A stretch of DNA of 64,000 bases from a virus, in the IMG/VR virus record IMGVR_UViG_3300032308_002578, positions 1 to 64,000 of that record; one strand, written 5' to 3'. Positions within the stretch are counted from its first letter, which is position 1, and every line of letters begins with the position of its first letter. Made by a program: the position numbers and the translations under genes. Positions 18,508 to 28,952 of this stretch are shown piece by piece. The notes under the pieces were generated by a model, which ran no database searches, was not told the origin of the DNA, and worked only from the letters and a program-made list of their open reading frames with translations.

Positions 18508-19506
18508 ATGGAACTGGTCGAAAATCCCTACGTCTCCGAATTCACCCGTAAAACGCTGGAGCAGTTCGGGTGGAAGACCAACGACCCGATTCCAGCTTCG
18601 CTGGGCGATCTTTTGGTCAAAATTAAAGAAACGCTGCCGCCACCCAAGCGCGCCGACGTCTTAATTGACGCAGCATCAATGCCGCCCGAGTCAGTCGCCG
18701 AAGTTAAAGAAATGCTGGCCGCGGCCAAAGGCGCCGCGGCAGAATTAGCCAAGCAGCAAGCCAAGCAGCAGGAGGTGGAGAAGATCGCCCCCCATTTGCG
18801 CGCGCAGTACGAAAGCGTGATGAGCCAGTTTGAGATTGTCGATGATCGCGAACAACCCGTTCCCGCCACGCCCACCATTCCGGCAACAGAAAACAAACCC
18901 GCGGAACCGCCGCCACCAGAGCCGACTGCGCCGGCTCCCGCGGCACAGGCGTCCTCCGCGCCGGCAATCTTGCCGTTCTGCCCGCGTTGCGGGTGGGACA
19001 TGATGCAGAAGTTTGAGGTGGTGCCGACGGACCGCGATAAAGAAGATTTTTTGGCTACGATCCTTGGCGGGTCGCGATTTCGCAAGCAGTACGAATTATT
19101 TGGCGGCAAGATCATCGTGACGTTCCGCGGACTGCTAGCCGAAGAAAACAAACTGATCTATCGGCAACTTGTGCTCGACCAGCAAGAGGGCCGCATCGCG
19201 TCCGAGGCTGAGTGGTTTACGCAGTTAATGGATTACCGGCTGTCGTGCTCGCTGGAGGCGATTGCCAGCAACACCGGCAAAGTCATTTCCATCGTGCCCG
19301 AACTGGCCGAGATGCCGGCCGTGCAGGATAAAGAGAAGCCGCTGGCTACGCCGCTCGTAGATCAGTTGAATTTTGTTAATAACACGGTACTGGCGCAAGA
19401 AGTAACAAGGCGCCTCGTCGGCCTGCACCTCCGACAGTTTCAGAGACTTCTTGAAGCACTTGAGGCCATGGCGCTTGAACCAAGTTTTTGGACAGGGATC
19501 GCGTAG
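18508..19506 (+). CDS. tail assembly chaperone-like protein
   Basis: ATG 18508 after the previous stop; Pro-rich linker, CPRC motif; two genes upstream of the tape measure. Confidence 0.55.
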   Translation: MELVENPYVSEFTRKTLEQFGWKTNDPIPASLGDLLVKIKETLPPPKRADVLIDAASMPPESVAEVKEMLAAAKGAAAELAKQQAKQQEVEKIAPHLRAQYESVMSQFEIVDDREQPVPATPTIPATENKPAEPPPPEPTAPAPAAQASSAPAILPFCPRCGWDMMQKFEVVPTDRDKEDFLATILGGSRFRKQYELFGGKIIVTFRGLLAEENKLIYRQLVLDQQEGRIASEAEWFTQLMDYRLSCSLEAIASNTGKVISIVPELAEMPAVQDKEKPLATPLVDQLNFVNNTVLAQEVTRRLVGLHLRQFQRLLEALEAMALEPSFWTGIA

Positions 19507-19889
19507 CGGCCTATATGGTGCGGGCCGCCGCCTCCGGAGCGTTCGACTACTCCGGTGCCGATCCCCTGAACAAAAACTGGCGAATAAAGCACCGGTTGTT
19601 GCTGTTGGAAATTCACCGGCAAGAAGAGCACCGCCTGCTGGGGCATGTGCATCAGCACTGGTGCGCTTATCTGTCTCATGGCGGGCTGGAGCCGGACAGT
19701 TTCAAGAACGTAAAAGAGTCGACGAGTGGCTCGCTGACCCGGCTGCAGCGCGTCATTTTTCCGTGGGACAGCCAGCCAGAAGTTAAAACCGAATCACCGA
19801 CCGGAAATAGTACAATAGACCCGGAAACACAGCGCTTAATCGACAGATATAAAACAGCGGTCGCCGGCCAACGGCCGGCCGCAGGGTGA
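19488..19889 (+). CDS. second chaperone segment (likely -1 frameshift extension)
   Basis: Overlaps the end of the previous gene in the -1 frame at AGT TTT TGG; no clear SD; directly upstream of the tape measure. Confidence 0.55.
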   Translation: MDRDRVAAYMVRAAASGAFDYSGADPLNKNWRIKHRLLLLEIHRQEEHRLLGHVHQHWCAYLSHGGLEPDSFKNVKESTSGSLTRLQRVIFPWDSQPEVKTESPTGNSTIDPETQRLIDRYKTAVAGQRPAAG

Positions 19890-19892
19890 TTT

Positions 19893-22800
19893 ATGTCAGA
19901 TCAACCGTTTGATTTTAAAAATCCATCGTATTATTCGCCGGGCCAGATTGCGTTCAATAACAACGCAGAAATGTCCCGGCTTATTTCGTTATTCGGCGGC
20001 GGGCTCCTGCAAAACCTTGCCGGGCCGGGCAATTTCATGCCCCACATGACGCCGTCGCAAAACGTTATAGATCAATACATAGCCCGGCAATATCAAAATC
20101 AAACCCGCGCAAGTGAGTTTTACATGGCAGGCGCGGGCAACCAAGATGTTGCCAAGCGCCTACTGGCCCTGCGCACAGCGTCCACGCACAAACCTGCCAC
20201 CGAGTTAAACAGGATGCAGGCCGAGCAGTTTGCCGGGTTTATTAACAATCCTATGACCAAGGCGATCGCAGGCGCCATCATTGGCCCCGAAAACCTTGAA
20301 GCCGCCCTGCACGGACGGAAAGGCGACGTGGCGGGGCTAAATCAGGTCGTCAATCGCATTGGATTTTTTCGTCGCGATCCTTCGGGCGGGCGCCGCATGG
20401 ACGCGCAGTCGCTGGAAGATTTTTCCCGCGGCGTCTACGCGCACCTGTACGACGAGGGTGGCAATCTTAGCGGCGCTGAGCGGGATGCTCGCATCGGCGG
20501 CGGTAGCGTAGAGGATTACAACCAAAAAAATACCGGCGTCCAGCGGCTGAAAAAATTCGCGCGAATGGAAACTAAGAATGTAGTCTCAGACGACGAAATT
20601 GTAAGTCGGATCACTAAGCGTCTCGCCGCGAAAGAACTCGATAACGAGGACGTCAGCGCCGCGTATAAAAAGTACGTTTCTGGCGACGAAAAAGACGTTA
20701 CCAAACAAGCCGAAGCGTTAACCAAATTTGACGACGCCATCAAAGCGCTCGACCAGACTGTTAAGGGCAAGACCACCGACAGAACTGGATTGCTAAAAAA
20801 AGACGAGGTCACCCTCGACCAAACCATCAAACAGGCGCGCGAAAACAGTCTCGGCCAAATGCACGGATTTATGGCCGGACAGATCGGGCAGATGACCGAG
20901 CAAATGTTCCAGCGCGGAATGTTGCCGCAGGCGATCGGTGCGATGTCGCCGGCTGCTCGCGTCAAACTGTTGTCAGACGAACGCGAGCGCGATCCTGAAA
21001 CGCTGCGGCGGCTCGCTGAAGAATTTGGCCACCGCGACCTGATGGCTCGTGACGCCGAGTACGCGAAAATGCTGCCGGCAGATCAGCGCAAAGTATTAAA
21101 TGAAAGAATCGGCGCATCCGGCGGATATCAAGACAAATTAACCAACGTTTTTAATGCTGTTGACGAGTTCAACGCCGGTAATCGAACAGACGTGCAGCAA
21201 ATTGAAAAGATGGAAGGCTTCGACGCCGTTGCCGGTAACGTCGACGCCAAGCGTAGCGCCGCGGCTATTAAGAAGTACACCGGGGCTGTCGCCGCTGTGC
21301 GCGAGATCTTCGGCGAAAACGGCAACCCCAATGCGCCGATGCCCGCGCTGTTGGCAGCCCTTGACCACCTGAGTCAAGGCGCCATGGGGCAAATGGACCC
21401 CAAACAGATTGAAACAGCCTTGCGAGCAATGCAGCAAACAGCCCGAGAGTCTGGCATTGGTTTCGAGCAGATGGCCGCGATGGCAGCCCAAATGGGCGGC
21501 ATGGGTGACATGCTGGGTATTTCTAAATCCCAGACAATGCACAACCAAGTAAACGCCATGGCCATGATCAAGACCATGCGTGACGACGGAGCCTTTTCGC
21601 GGCCGGTGTTTGGCAGCCTAAATCAAGCGGAAGCGACACAATTTGCGGCGCAGCAACAACAAGCCGCGACGGCCAGCGACAACGGCCGCATGATGGCGGG
21701 GTTCGCGGGCATATACAAAACATCACCGAACTCGTTCAAGATAAAAGACAAAAACGGCGCAGAGGTTGACAGTGAATTCGCCAAAGCCATGCAGGCATAC
21801 CTAGATGAATCTTCGGGTGGTGAGTACGAATTCAATGGTGTTAAGAAAAACGTCTATAAGTTGCTGGGCGAAGGCGGGCCGCAGGCAGTGCTGTCGTTGT
21901 TTAAACAAACCGGCGGCACCGAAGCCGAAGCCGCAGCAGCATTTAGGAATCCAAATAACCAGCAATTTGCCAATAAGATTAACGGCGTATTACAGTCGCA
22001 GAAATACGAAATGCTGCGCGATATAAATAACGCGGCCGTGCGTGGCAAACTTGAAACGCAACTGGAAGCCGCCAGAAAAGCCAATCCGGGGTCAGAACTT
22101 TCGAAACTCGATACTGAAGCAGTGGCCAACACGACAGGCAGCGCGCTAACCGAGTTAATTTTTGAATCGTCCGACAAACCGCACGACGAGCAAATCAAGC
22201 ACATTCGCGAAAACATGGTCCCGACGCTCAAGTCGTCGTTTATGGCCAGCGGGATCGCCGAACCGGAAGCCGAGCGGCTCGCGCATCAGGCCGCAGCCGC
22301 CTACATGGGTTCCGGCAACGCAGAGAGCCAGAATCGTGCCATTAATGAAATGGTTAACGAAGCGAACGCATTTGTATTCGACGAGTCTGGTAAAACAATG
22401 GCGGCGCATCATTTGGTGCACGGTAAGAATCGCGCGGTCAGGAGCGCGAAAGAAGCGCTCAGATCTCAAAATATCGCGCAGCGCAAGTCTGAAGCCGGGC
22501 TGAACTTTAACTCGCCCGTACTGGCCGGCGTATCAGACTATCTGCTTGAAATGGGCGAGAAGGGCGGAAACGTCACGCAAGAAGGGCTATTCAAAGCGCT
22601 ATTCAAAGCCATTCCAGAGCAAGATCTGCGCGACAAATATAGCGCCGGTATGGAAACTGGGCTTAACGCGCTGCAAGAGCAAATCAACGCGCTGAGCGTT
22701 ACAGAAAAGACTATTGGCGATCTCGGCACGGCCAGCAAGTCCGACAACGCGGCTGAGGCTGAAACTGCGCTAAGCCGGCTGAAAAAACTTGCTGGCGTTA

Positions 22801-23879
22801 AAGACGACACAAAAATTATCAGCGACAGCGAGGTCAAGCGCAGGCAAACCGACAAAGCGACCGAGGCGCTCACCGACGACAAAAAGGTCACAGAACTTTA
22901 CAAGCGGTTCGTCAATGGCGGTGCGGACACGACAATTTCACTGGCGGAACAGCGAAAGCAGTTGCTGGTCAGGGCCGACGTGCTGCAAGAGTTGGGCGGT
23001 AACGGCGTGGCCGAAGGCGAAATGTCGCACGGACAATTGTTAGCTCAATCCCTCGAAAAAGGGATCGGACAGGCGCACTGGAACAATACTGCACAGCAAA
23101 ACGAGCAACGTGAGCGTGCGCGCCGCGTTATGAGTGGTACGTTCAACGCCGCAAACGACGAAAGCGTGCTGGCGTCTACGGTCTACGAGGCGCTGACCCT
23201 CGCCGGCATCGATCCGACAAAGAAAGACGATAAGGGGCAAACGGCCGCAGAAAAAATCGCCGGGCTCGCCGGCAGAAACGCGGTCGACGATGGCGAGGAC
23301 GAAGGGCATAAAAATAATCTAACAACTGCGCTTTCTGAATTGGGGATCAGTGACGAAAAGCAGCAAAGCGTTTTCGAGAATATCCGACTTGGTAATAGGA
23401 TTGATCTCGGCGGCACAATCGGCGACGCGCAGCAGGCAGCCGCCGGGGCTGAAAATACAGCGCAGCAGATATCGCAGCAAATTGCCAACGCCAGTATCGC
23501 CGCGACAAGCGTGACGATTAACGCAGATAAAGTCGAAGGTGGAAAATCGGCTACCGACGCTGCGGCAAACGATCCGGCGGCAAACGCCCTGCCCGGATCT
23601 GCCAGCGGTGACAGGGGTGCCGCAGGTAGTACAGCGGCTGGTGCTGCGGGAAGCGCCAGCGCCGCCGCCCAAAACACGACGGAAGCATCCAAGACAGTGG
23701 CGCCTGCGCCGCCGCCTGCGCCCGGCGGTCCGGGCGGTGGCGGGCAAGAATTAACCGTATCGGGCGAATTGCGTATTACGAATCTTGAAAAAGGCATACT
23801 GCAAGTAATGGGCAAAAATAAACAACCGACGGCGACGCCCGGCGGCGGCTCGCCCATATACGGCGCGACACAGCAATAA
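19893..23879 (+). CDS. tape measure protein
   Basis: 1328 aa, Ala/Gln/Met-rich and helical; follows the chaperone pair in the tail module. Confidence 0.75.
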   Translation: MSDQPFDFKNPSYYSPGQIAFNNNAEMSRLISLFGGGLLQNLAGPGNFMPHMTPSQNVIDQYIARQYQNQTRASEFYMAGAGNQDVAKRLLALRTASTHKPATELNRMQAEQFAGFINNPMTKAIAGAIIGPENLEAALHGRKGDVAGLNQVVNRIGFFRRDPSGGRRMDAQSLEDFSRGVYAHLYDEGGNLSGAERDARIGGGSVEDYNQKNTGVQRLKKFARMETKNVVSDDEIVSRITKRLAAKELDNEDVSAAYKKYVSGDEKDVTKQAEALTKFDDAIKALDQTVKGKTTDRTGLLKKDEVTLDQTIKQARENSLGQMHGFMAGQIGQMTEQMFQRGMLPQAIGAMSPAARVKLLSDERERDPETLRRLAEEFGHRDLMARDAEYAKMLPADQRKVLNERIGASGGYQDKLTNVFNAVDEFNAGNRTDVQQIEKMEGFDAVAGNVDAKRSAAAIKKYTGAVAAVREIFGENGNPNAPMPALLAALDHLSQGAMGQMDPKQIETALRAMQQTARESGIGFEQMAAMAAQMGGMGDMLGISKSQTMHNQVNAMAMIKTMRDDGAFSRPVFGSLNQAEATQFAAQQQQAATASDNGRMMAGFAGIYKTSPNSFKIKDKNGAEVDSEFAKAMQAYLDESSGGEYEFNGVKKNVYKLLGEGGPQAVLSLFKQTGGTEAEAAAAFRNPNNQQFANKINGVLQSQKYEMLRDINNAAVRGKLETQLEAARKANPGSELSKLDTEAVANTTGSALTELIFESSDKPHDEQIKHIRENMVPTLKSSFMASGIAEPEAERLAHQAAAAYMGSGNAESQNRAINEMVNEANAFVFDESGKTMAAHHLVHGKNRAVRSAKEALRSQNIAQRKSEAGLNFNSPVLAGVSDYLLEMGEKGGNVTQEGLFKALFKAIPEQDLRDKYSAGMETGLNALQEQINALSVTEKTIGDLGTASKSDNAAEAETALSRLKKLAGVKDDTKIISDSEVKRRQTDKATEALTDDKKVTELYKRFVNGGADTTISLAEQRKQLLVRADVLQELGGNGVAEGEMSHGQLLAQSLEKGIGQAHWNNTAQQNEQRERARRVMSGTFNAANDESVLASTVYEALTLAGIDPTKKDDKGQTAAEKIAGLAGRNAVDDGEDEGHKNNLTTALSELGISDEKQQSVFENIRLGNRIDLGGTIGDAQQAAAGAENTAQQISQQIANASIAATSVTINADKVEGGKSATDAAANDPAANALPGSASGDRGAAGSTAAGAAGSASAAAQNTTEASKTVAPAPPPAPGGPGGGGQELTVSGELRITNLEKGILQVMGKNKQPTATPGGGSPIYGATQQ

Positions 23880-23893
23880 TAAAGGTAATTAGT

Positions 23894-24484
23894 ATGTCAC
23901 TCGTATTTACTCCCTGCGCCGGCGTCGTCGAGATCAAACGCACGTGGTGTGGCGACGACACATTTTTCACTCTCAAAGTAGACGGACAAGAAATTAACGG
24001 CATTGCTACCGGCATTGAAATTGAAATGTCCGGCAATTATCAGTTCCAGCACACGGTCAACAATTTCATCTATTTTTATGCGTTTGGTGACCGCATTGGC
24101 TCGATCAATGTTACGGGTATTGGCTTCGTAAAAGGTTGCGGTAGCTCGCGCTGGAACAATATTTTCGACGTGCAGAAAAAAGGCGAACTGCTGCAATTGT
24201 ATGATTATTACATGCAGCATCGAGCCGCGGCCAGCGGTAACAAATCGTCGAAATTAACCATCTCTAGCGCGGACGGCGGCACCAAAACACTGCGCGGGTT
24301 TTTAACCGGTATGCGCATGGACATCAAAGCCACGGAAGCACTCGGCACTGTTGGTTACTGGACGTTCCGCTTCGAAGTTATTCCCGAAAGACCAAACACC
24401 GCTTTTCGCTTTCCTGTCGCTTTCGGGCCCGGCGGCAATGCGTCAAGCGGCGCCGGTGCAACAGACGTTGGAATAGGTAGATAG
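23894..24484 (+). CDS. tail tube initiator/baseplate protein
   Basis: Directly after the tape measure; beta-rich (YFYAFGDRIGSINVTG...LRGFLTGM). Confidence 0.5.
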   Translation: MSLVFTPCAGVVEIKRTWCGDDTFFTLKVDGQEINGIATGIEIEMSGNYQFQHTVNNFIYFYAFGDRIGSINVTGIGFVKGCGSSRWNNIFDVQKKGELLQLYDYYMQHRAAASGNKSSKLTISSADGGTKTLRGFLTGMRMDIKATEALGTVGYWTFRFEVIPERPNTAFRFPVAFGPGGNASSGAGATDVGIGR

Positions 24485-24485
24485 C

Positions 24486-25469
24486 ATGATCAACCACGCG
24501 CGCACCCTGCTGCTGAACGTCAGCCCGCAGAAAAACCAACGACAAGACGCCGGCTATGAATACATGTCAGCCGCGTTTTGGCCCAGTACGTTGTCGCCCG
24601 CGCTCGCCGCGGTCTACAAGATCCTGTTCGGTCGCCAGCCAGACATGTACTTCTTGAATCTGCGCGCCCGCGAACTGCTCACGTATGTTCACCAAACGGA
24701 ACTGGCTGACTACGTTTACAAACTCGACCCGCGCGTCACGTATTGGCCGACGACAGACGCTGCGTTTTTTGAAAACGCCAAGGCGACACTGGTCGTCACG
24801 CAAACTGTCGGGCCGCCGCTGCCGCTGAACTGGGGCGGCGGTTTCGTTGCCAGTAACTCGCTGGGCGTCACCACGAAGCAATTTGAGATCACAGCCAGCA
24901 ACACAGACGCCATCTACATAAGCATCCGTGATCTAAACAGCCTTACCGCGCCGCAGGTTACACTGCTGCCCGATCCGATGCAGCCGCCCACGATTCCGTT
25001 GCCTGAGACAAACCTGCAGTTCAAATTCAACCCGCAGGTTACGACCGAAGTCTACGCCACACTAACCGAACTCGAACAACTGCTTATTCTGGAGCAGTAC
25101 GACGCGGAAATCGGACTCGGGCTTGATCCGGCCGTGATCGTGCAACCGCAGCCGCCGGCAATGCCGTTTAAAGAGCGGCGGCCTATCTTGCGCATGACAG
25201 GGCAGTCGCTGCCCCAAGGCGTAGACACAGCCAAGTGGCTCGTGACAGCGCGCGCAAACCCACAACCAGCAATTACCTCGGTCCTGCCTGTGTTAGAGAT
25301 TCTGGGTGAACCGTTGTTTCTAGAGTTGTTTGGCGTTGCGCCCGTTGAGCCGTACGCTACCTTTAAAAACCTGTGGTTTGACCACCCGTTGTCCGCGTAT
25401 CGACTGGCTGGGCTTGTGCTGGCATTTATTTACCGAGCCGAGGAACTGCGAAAGGCAAATGATGGCTGA
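24486..25469 (+). CDS. baseplate-module hypothetical protein
   Basis: 327 aa, closely packed with its neighbours. Confidence 0.65.
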   Translation: MINHARTLLLNVSPQKNQRQDAGYEYMSAAFWPSTLSPALAAVYKILFGRQPDMYFLNLRARELLTYVHQTELADYVYKLDPRVTYWPTTDAAFFENAKATLVVTQTVGPPLPLNWGGGFVASNSLGVTTKQFEITASNTDAIYISIRDLNSLTAPQVTLLPDPMQPPTIPLPETNLQFKFNPQVTTEVYATLTELEQLLILEQYDAEIGLGLDPAVIVQPQPPAMPFKERRPILRMTGQSLPQGVDTAKWLVTARANPQPAITSVLPVLEILGEPLFLELFGVAPVEPYATFKNLWFDHPLSAYRLAGLVLAFIYRAEELRKANDG

Positions 25470-27135
25470 AAATTTTGTCCGGTCTGAATTTGAACTAACG
25501 GCAGAATTCACCGACGCAAAGTCCGGTGCGAGGAAAGCACTGTTTAAAGACATCCTTTCGATTTCGGCTACGTTTGCGCTGAATTCAATTCCGGTTGCGT
25601 CCCTTGTGGTCGCGTGCGGGCGGAACGTGTCAGACAAGTCGCAGCCCGCCACCATTGACGCCGCGCTAAAAGTGTTAAAGCCGCGCGACAAGGTCAAAGT
25701 TACGCTGACAATCAGGACAAACGACGGCGAGACAAGTTTAATGCCCGAGGGTCGCGGCGTAATTTTCGACGGGTATTACGCCGGTGCGGGCTATCAGCGG
25801 TCAAATAATTCGGTTAGTTATGCGCTGCATTTGATTCATTGGTTGGACGATTTAAACTGCTCTTCCATGATCAACGGCAACTGGCACCCCGGCGTGCCGC
25901 ACGATTTGGCGCAAGCCGCCAACTCTGACGTGGCGCTCATGCGCGGCGGTGCGGACTGGACAGGCAAGAATAAAGGTCTGACAAATCCCGTGCCGATTGT
26001 GGACGCGACAGGAAGCATTATTAATAAATCCAACATGCAAGATGATTTATGGGAAAAAGTCCTCAAGCCCATGTTCAAAGAAATCGCGTCGTTCAGCCAC
26101 CCCCGCGAGCAAAACTACGCGCGAGACAATAACCCGCTTACAAACGGCAACAACGCGGCGGCATTACTGGCGCTGGAGCGCATGCCTGGCACGGCGCCTT
26201 TTCCGGGAAAACTGCCGCTCTTTATGGGCGGCGTAAACGCCAAGGCTATCGCTGACGGCGCAAACAAAGGGATTAGCGGTATCGCCAAAAACGGAATGGC
26301 CTACTCGTCATTCTGGAGCAAACTCGTCGGCGAATATGCGCCTGAATTTTTGTTTGCCGTGTCGCCGTGCCCTGAGTTTGCAAACGTTGTTCCGTTCTTT
26401 GGCGGTCTTCGTGGCTACTGGAAAGAGATCGACGGCCGGGAATATACCTACGCGAATTTTGATTCCAACCTCGCGAGCCTTATTGAGTCGATCGAGATTC
26501 GGTATTCTCAAAAGGCCACGTCTAATTGGGCGCTTGGCGGCAGAGCCCCCGGGCTTTCATATTTCAGGCCGTGGGGTCGGTTTCCAAAAAAGAATAATGA
26601 TCTCCGCGGCCAAATTATCGTAAAAGATCCGCCGGGTTGGCTGGCAAACGCTATTTCGCAGGGCGCATTCTCGCCACTGACGACCGGCTTTGGTCGACGC
26701 CTTGGCGACACTGCGTGCCCCGGCAAGGGCCCCGAAGATACGCCGGCGGGTGTGCTCCGCCCGGCGGACGCTGAAAAAGATGTAGAGAAATCGAACATCG
26801 TCAACATATTTTGCGAGCACTGGTACAAAACTGAAGTGCTCTCTAAGCGGTACGGTGAAATGTCTGGAAAGTTACGTTTTGACATTGCACCCGGCAGCAT
26901 TGTCAAAATTAAAGAGCCAGATCTAAGCGCCGGTAGCGAACTCACGACATACGCCGCTGTCACGCATGTGTCATTTTTGATTAACACAGAGCAACACACA
27001 GCCGGCACGTCGTTTACACTATTAAATCTGCGGTCGGAACTTGAGAACAACGACGATTTATTTACAAGCGCTGCGCCGCCCCTGTACCCGACCGCAAAGT
27101 GGGTTGGCGGGCCGCTGGTAAGAGGGTTATCCTGA
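25459..27135 (+). CDS. baseplate hub-like protein (gp27/gpD-like)
   Basis: ATG 25459 or 25462; motifs IFDGYY and GKLRFDIAPGSIVKI...VTHVSF resemble hub proteins; synteny. Confidence 0.55.
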   Translation: MMAENFVRSEFELTAEFTDAKSGARKALFKDILSISATFALNSIPVASLVVACGRNVSDKSQPATIDAALKVLKPRDKVKVTLTIRTNDGETSLMPEGRGVIFDGYYAGAGYQRSNNSVSYALHLIHWLDDLNCSSMINGNWHPGVPHDLAQAANSDVALMRGGADWTGKNKGLTNPVPIVDATGSIINKSNMQDDLWEKVLKPMFKEIASFSHPREQNYARDNNPLTNGNNAAALLALERMPGTAPFPGKLPLFMGGVNAKAIADGANKGISGIAKNGMAYSSFWSKLVGEYAPEFLFAVSPCPEFANVVPFFGGLRGYWKEIDGREYTYANFDSNLASLIESIEIRYSQKATSNWALGGRAPGLSYFRPWGRFPKKNNDLRGQIIVKDPPGWLANAISQGAFSPLTTGFGRRLGDTACPGKGPEDTPAGVLRPADAEKDVEKSNIVNIFCEHWYKTEVLSKRYGEMSGKLRFDIAPGSIVKIKEPDLSAGSELTTYAAVTHVSFLINTEQHTAGTSFTLLNLRSELENNDDLFTSAAPPLYPTAKWVGGPLVRGLS

Positions 27136-27947
27136 TGCCAACACAGCCGCAACCAAAAGGTATGCCGTCTATCCTCGGTGACGTAGATGCGCCGTTCTCT
27201 GCCCCAACCCGGATTACCGGCGTTGCGGATGACTTCACGGACATTCACACCCAGTGGCTGAAAAACAAGACGCCAGACACGAACACGCAACTGCTGAAAC
27301 GCGTGCAGCCCGTGATCGACACGGCTGTCAGCAGTTACGGCGGCGCATCTTCCAGTCCTGTGTTTAAGTCGCGCGCGCGACTAATGGCGCTAAAAGCCAT
27401 GGAGACGTACGACCCCAAGCGCGGTAACGTCAGAACACACCTCCTGTCGCAACTGCAGAGTCTCCGCCGCTTGTCCGCGCAGGAGCAGAACATCATTTCG
27501 ATTCCGGAGCAGGTCGGGTTGGACTACCAGCGGCTCCACGCCGCCGAGAACGAACTGCGCGACAGTCTTAGCCGCGACCCTAGTGACGAGGAACTGGCTG
27601 ACGCCACGGGCCTGTCGATCAAGCGGCTGCGAAAAGTGCGCGCGTTTAACCAGCCGATTGCGTCCGGTACCACAGTGCGCGAAACAGCCGAAGAAAACTA
27701 CGACGGCGACATCGCTAGTTCTATCCCAAACCAGAACCGGTCAGCGGATGCGTGGCTGGATTTTGTATATGGCGATTTGACACCCACGGATCGGCTCGTT
27801 ATGGACATGACGCTCGGCAGAAACGGCCGGAGGCGCGCCAGCACGCAAGACATCGCGGCTCGTTTAAATATCACGCCGGGCGCTGTCAGCCAGCGCGCAG
27901 CCAAAATTCAGGCCATGATCGACAAAAGGTACGAGCACAATTTTTAA
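27135..27947 (+). CDS. phage-encoded sigma70-family sigma factor (group 3, FliA/SigB-like)
   Basis: Region 2 (AMETYDPKRGNVRTHL), region 3 (LSRDPSDEELADATGLS) and region 4 HTH (STQDIAARLNITPGAVSQ); TGATG overlap with the hub gene. Confidence 0.85.
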   Translation: MPTQPQPKGMPSILGDVDAPFSAPTRITGVADDFTDIHTQWLKNKTPDTNTQLLKRVQPVIDTAVSSYGGASSSPVFKSRARLMALKAMETYDPKRGNVRTHLLSQLQSLRRLSAQEQNIISIPEQVGLDYQRLHAAENELRDSLSRDPSDEELADATGLSIKRLRKVRAFNQPIASGTTVRETAEENYDGDIASSIPNQNRSADAWLDFVYGDLTPTDRLVMDMTLGRNGRRRASTQDIAARLNITPGAVSQRAAKIQAMIDKRYEHNF

Positions 27948-27956
27948 GGAAACGCC

Positions 27957-28469
27957 ATGGCGCACGGAACTAAAAAAGGCCAAGTTGATTCGCAATTCGA
28001 GAATCGCGTTAACGAACTCGAGGCGTGCGCTAAAAGCATGGCGTATCAATTCAAAACTTTTAACGACTACCGCCTGTGGCATACACCCAAGGGGACCGGA
28101 GATTTGCTGGACGTGCCTGCGCTGCACATTCCAGCGTGGGAGCGTAACAAAATCAACGAACTGTACTCCGAAACTATTTTGGCGGGCACCGGTGACGAAA
28201 GCGGCACCTGCGGCGATCTAATCGCTATGAAGTGGCAGGCTGATTTTATGGCTGCCGAAGAGCGGGCGTTTAGGACACGGCACGCCAGTTACGCCCGCTG
28301 TGCTTCATTGATGCACGGGCGGCTCAAAGGTCACGGTACCGAGAAATTTGGTATTTTTTCGTTTTTGAGAGACGCCATCCAGACGCACATCGACGTGGGC
28401 GGCCTGTACAGCCCATACGACGGCTCCCTCGGCATCGATCCGAGCGGCGGCATTTCAACACAGGTATAG
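27957..28469 (+). CDS. hypothetical protein
   Basis: SD AAGGA; 170 aa. Confidence 0.7.
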   Translation: MAHGTKKGQVDSQFENRVNELEACAKSMAYQFKTFNDYRLWHTPKGTGDLLDVPALHIPAWERNKINELYSETILAGTGDESGTCGDLIAMKWQADFMAAEERAFRTRHASYARCASLMHGRLKGHGTEKFGIFSFLRDAIQTHIDVGGLYSPYDGSLGIDPSGGISTQV

Positions 28470-28476
28470 GTGGCCC

Positions 28477-28944
28477 ATGAGTTTACAAGACTACGCACAA
28501 CGTAAATACGACTACCTCGGGCTGCGAAATGTAAATCCAGCCAAAGAGGCCAAACTTGGCCTTGAGTTGTTTAACACTGCCAGTAACGGACAGATCTGTG
28601 TCGGCGTGCAAAAACTAGCCCAGCGTTGGCTGCTGGAGTTTATGACCGAAGTTGGGTCGATGCCCGGGCTGTCTGACCGCGGTTGCGACTTTATGACGTA
28701 CGTCCGCCAAGGTCGCCTGCGCACACAAATCGAGGTGCAGGCGCTGTTTTCGGCTGCCGAACTTGACGTGCGTCGCAACCTGCAGCGAGAAGAATACGCC
28801 GGCATGCCTAACGACGAGCGCCTTAATTTCGCCGAGTTATTGTCGTCGTCGATTCTGCCGGGTTATTTACAGATTCGTGTTAAAATTAACAACGTTCTAG
28901 GCGACACGCGTGAGATCATCGTGCCGGTCTCGACACTTCCGTAG
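28477..28944 (+). CDS. baseplate wedge protein (gp25/gpW-like)
   Basis: 155 aa; GVQKLAQRWLLEFMTEVGS...GCDF and DERL motifs; directly before the baseplate J-like gene. Confidence 0.7.
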   Translation: MSLQDYAQRKYDYLGLRNVNPAKEAKLGLELFNTASNGQICVGVQKLAQRWLLEFMTEVGSMPGLSDRGCDFMTYVRQGRLRTQIEVQALFSAAELDVRRNLQREEYAGMPNDERLNFAELLSSSILPGYLQIRVKINNVLGDTREIIVPVSTLP

Positions 28945-28952
28945 GGTGAAAC

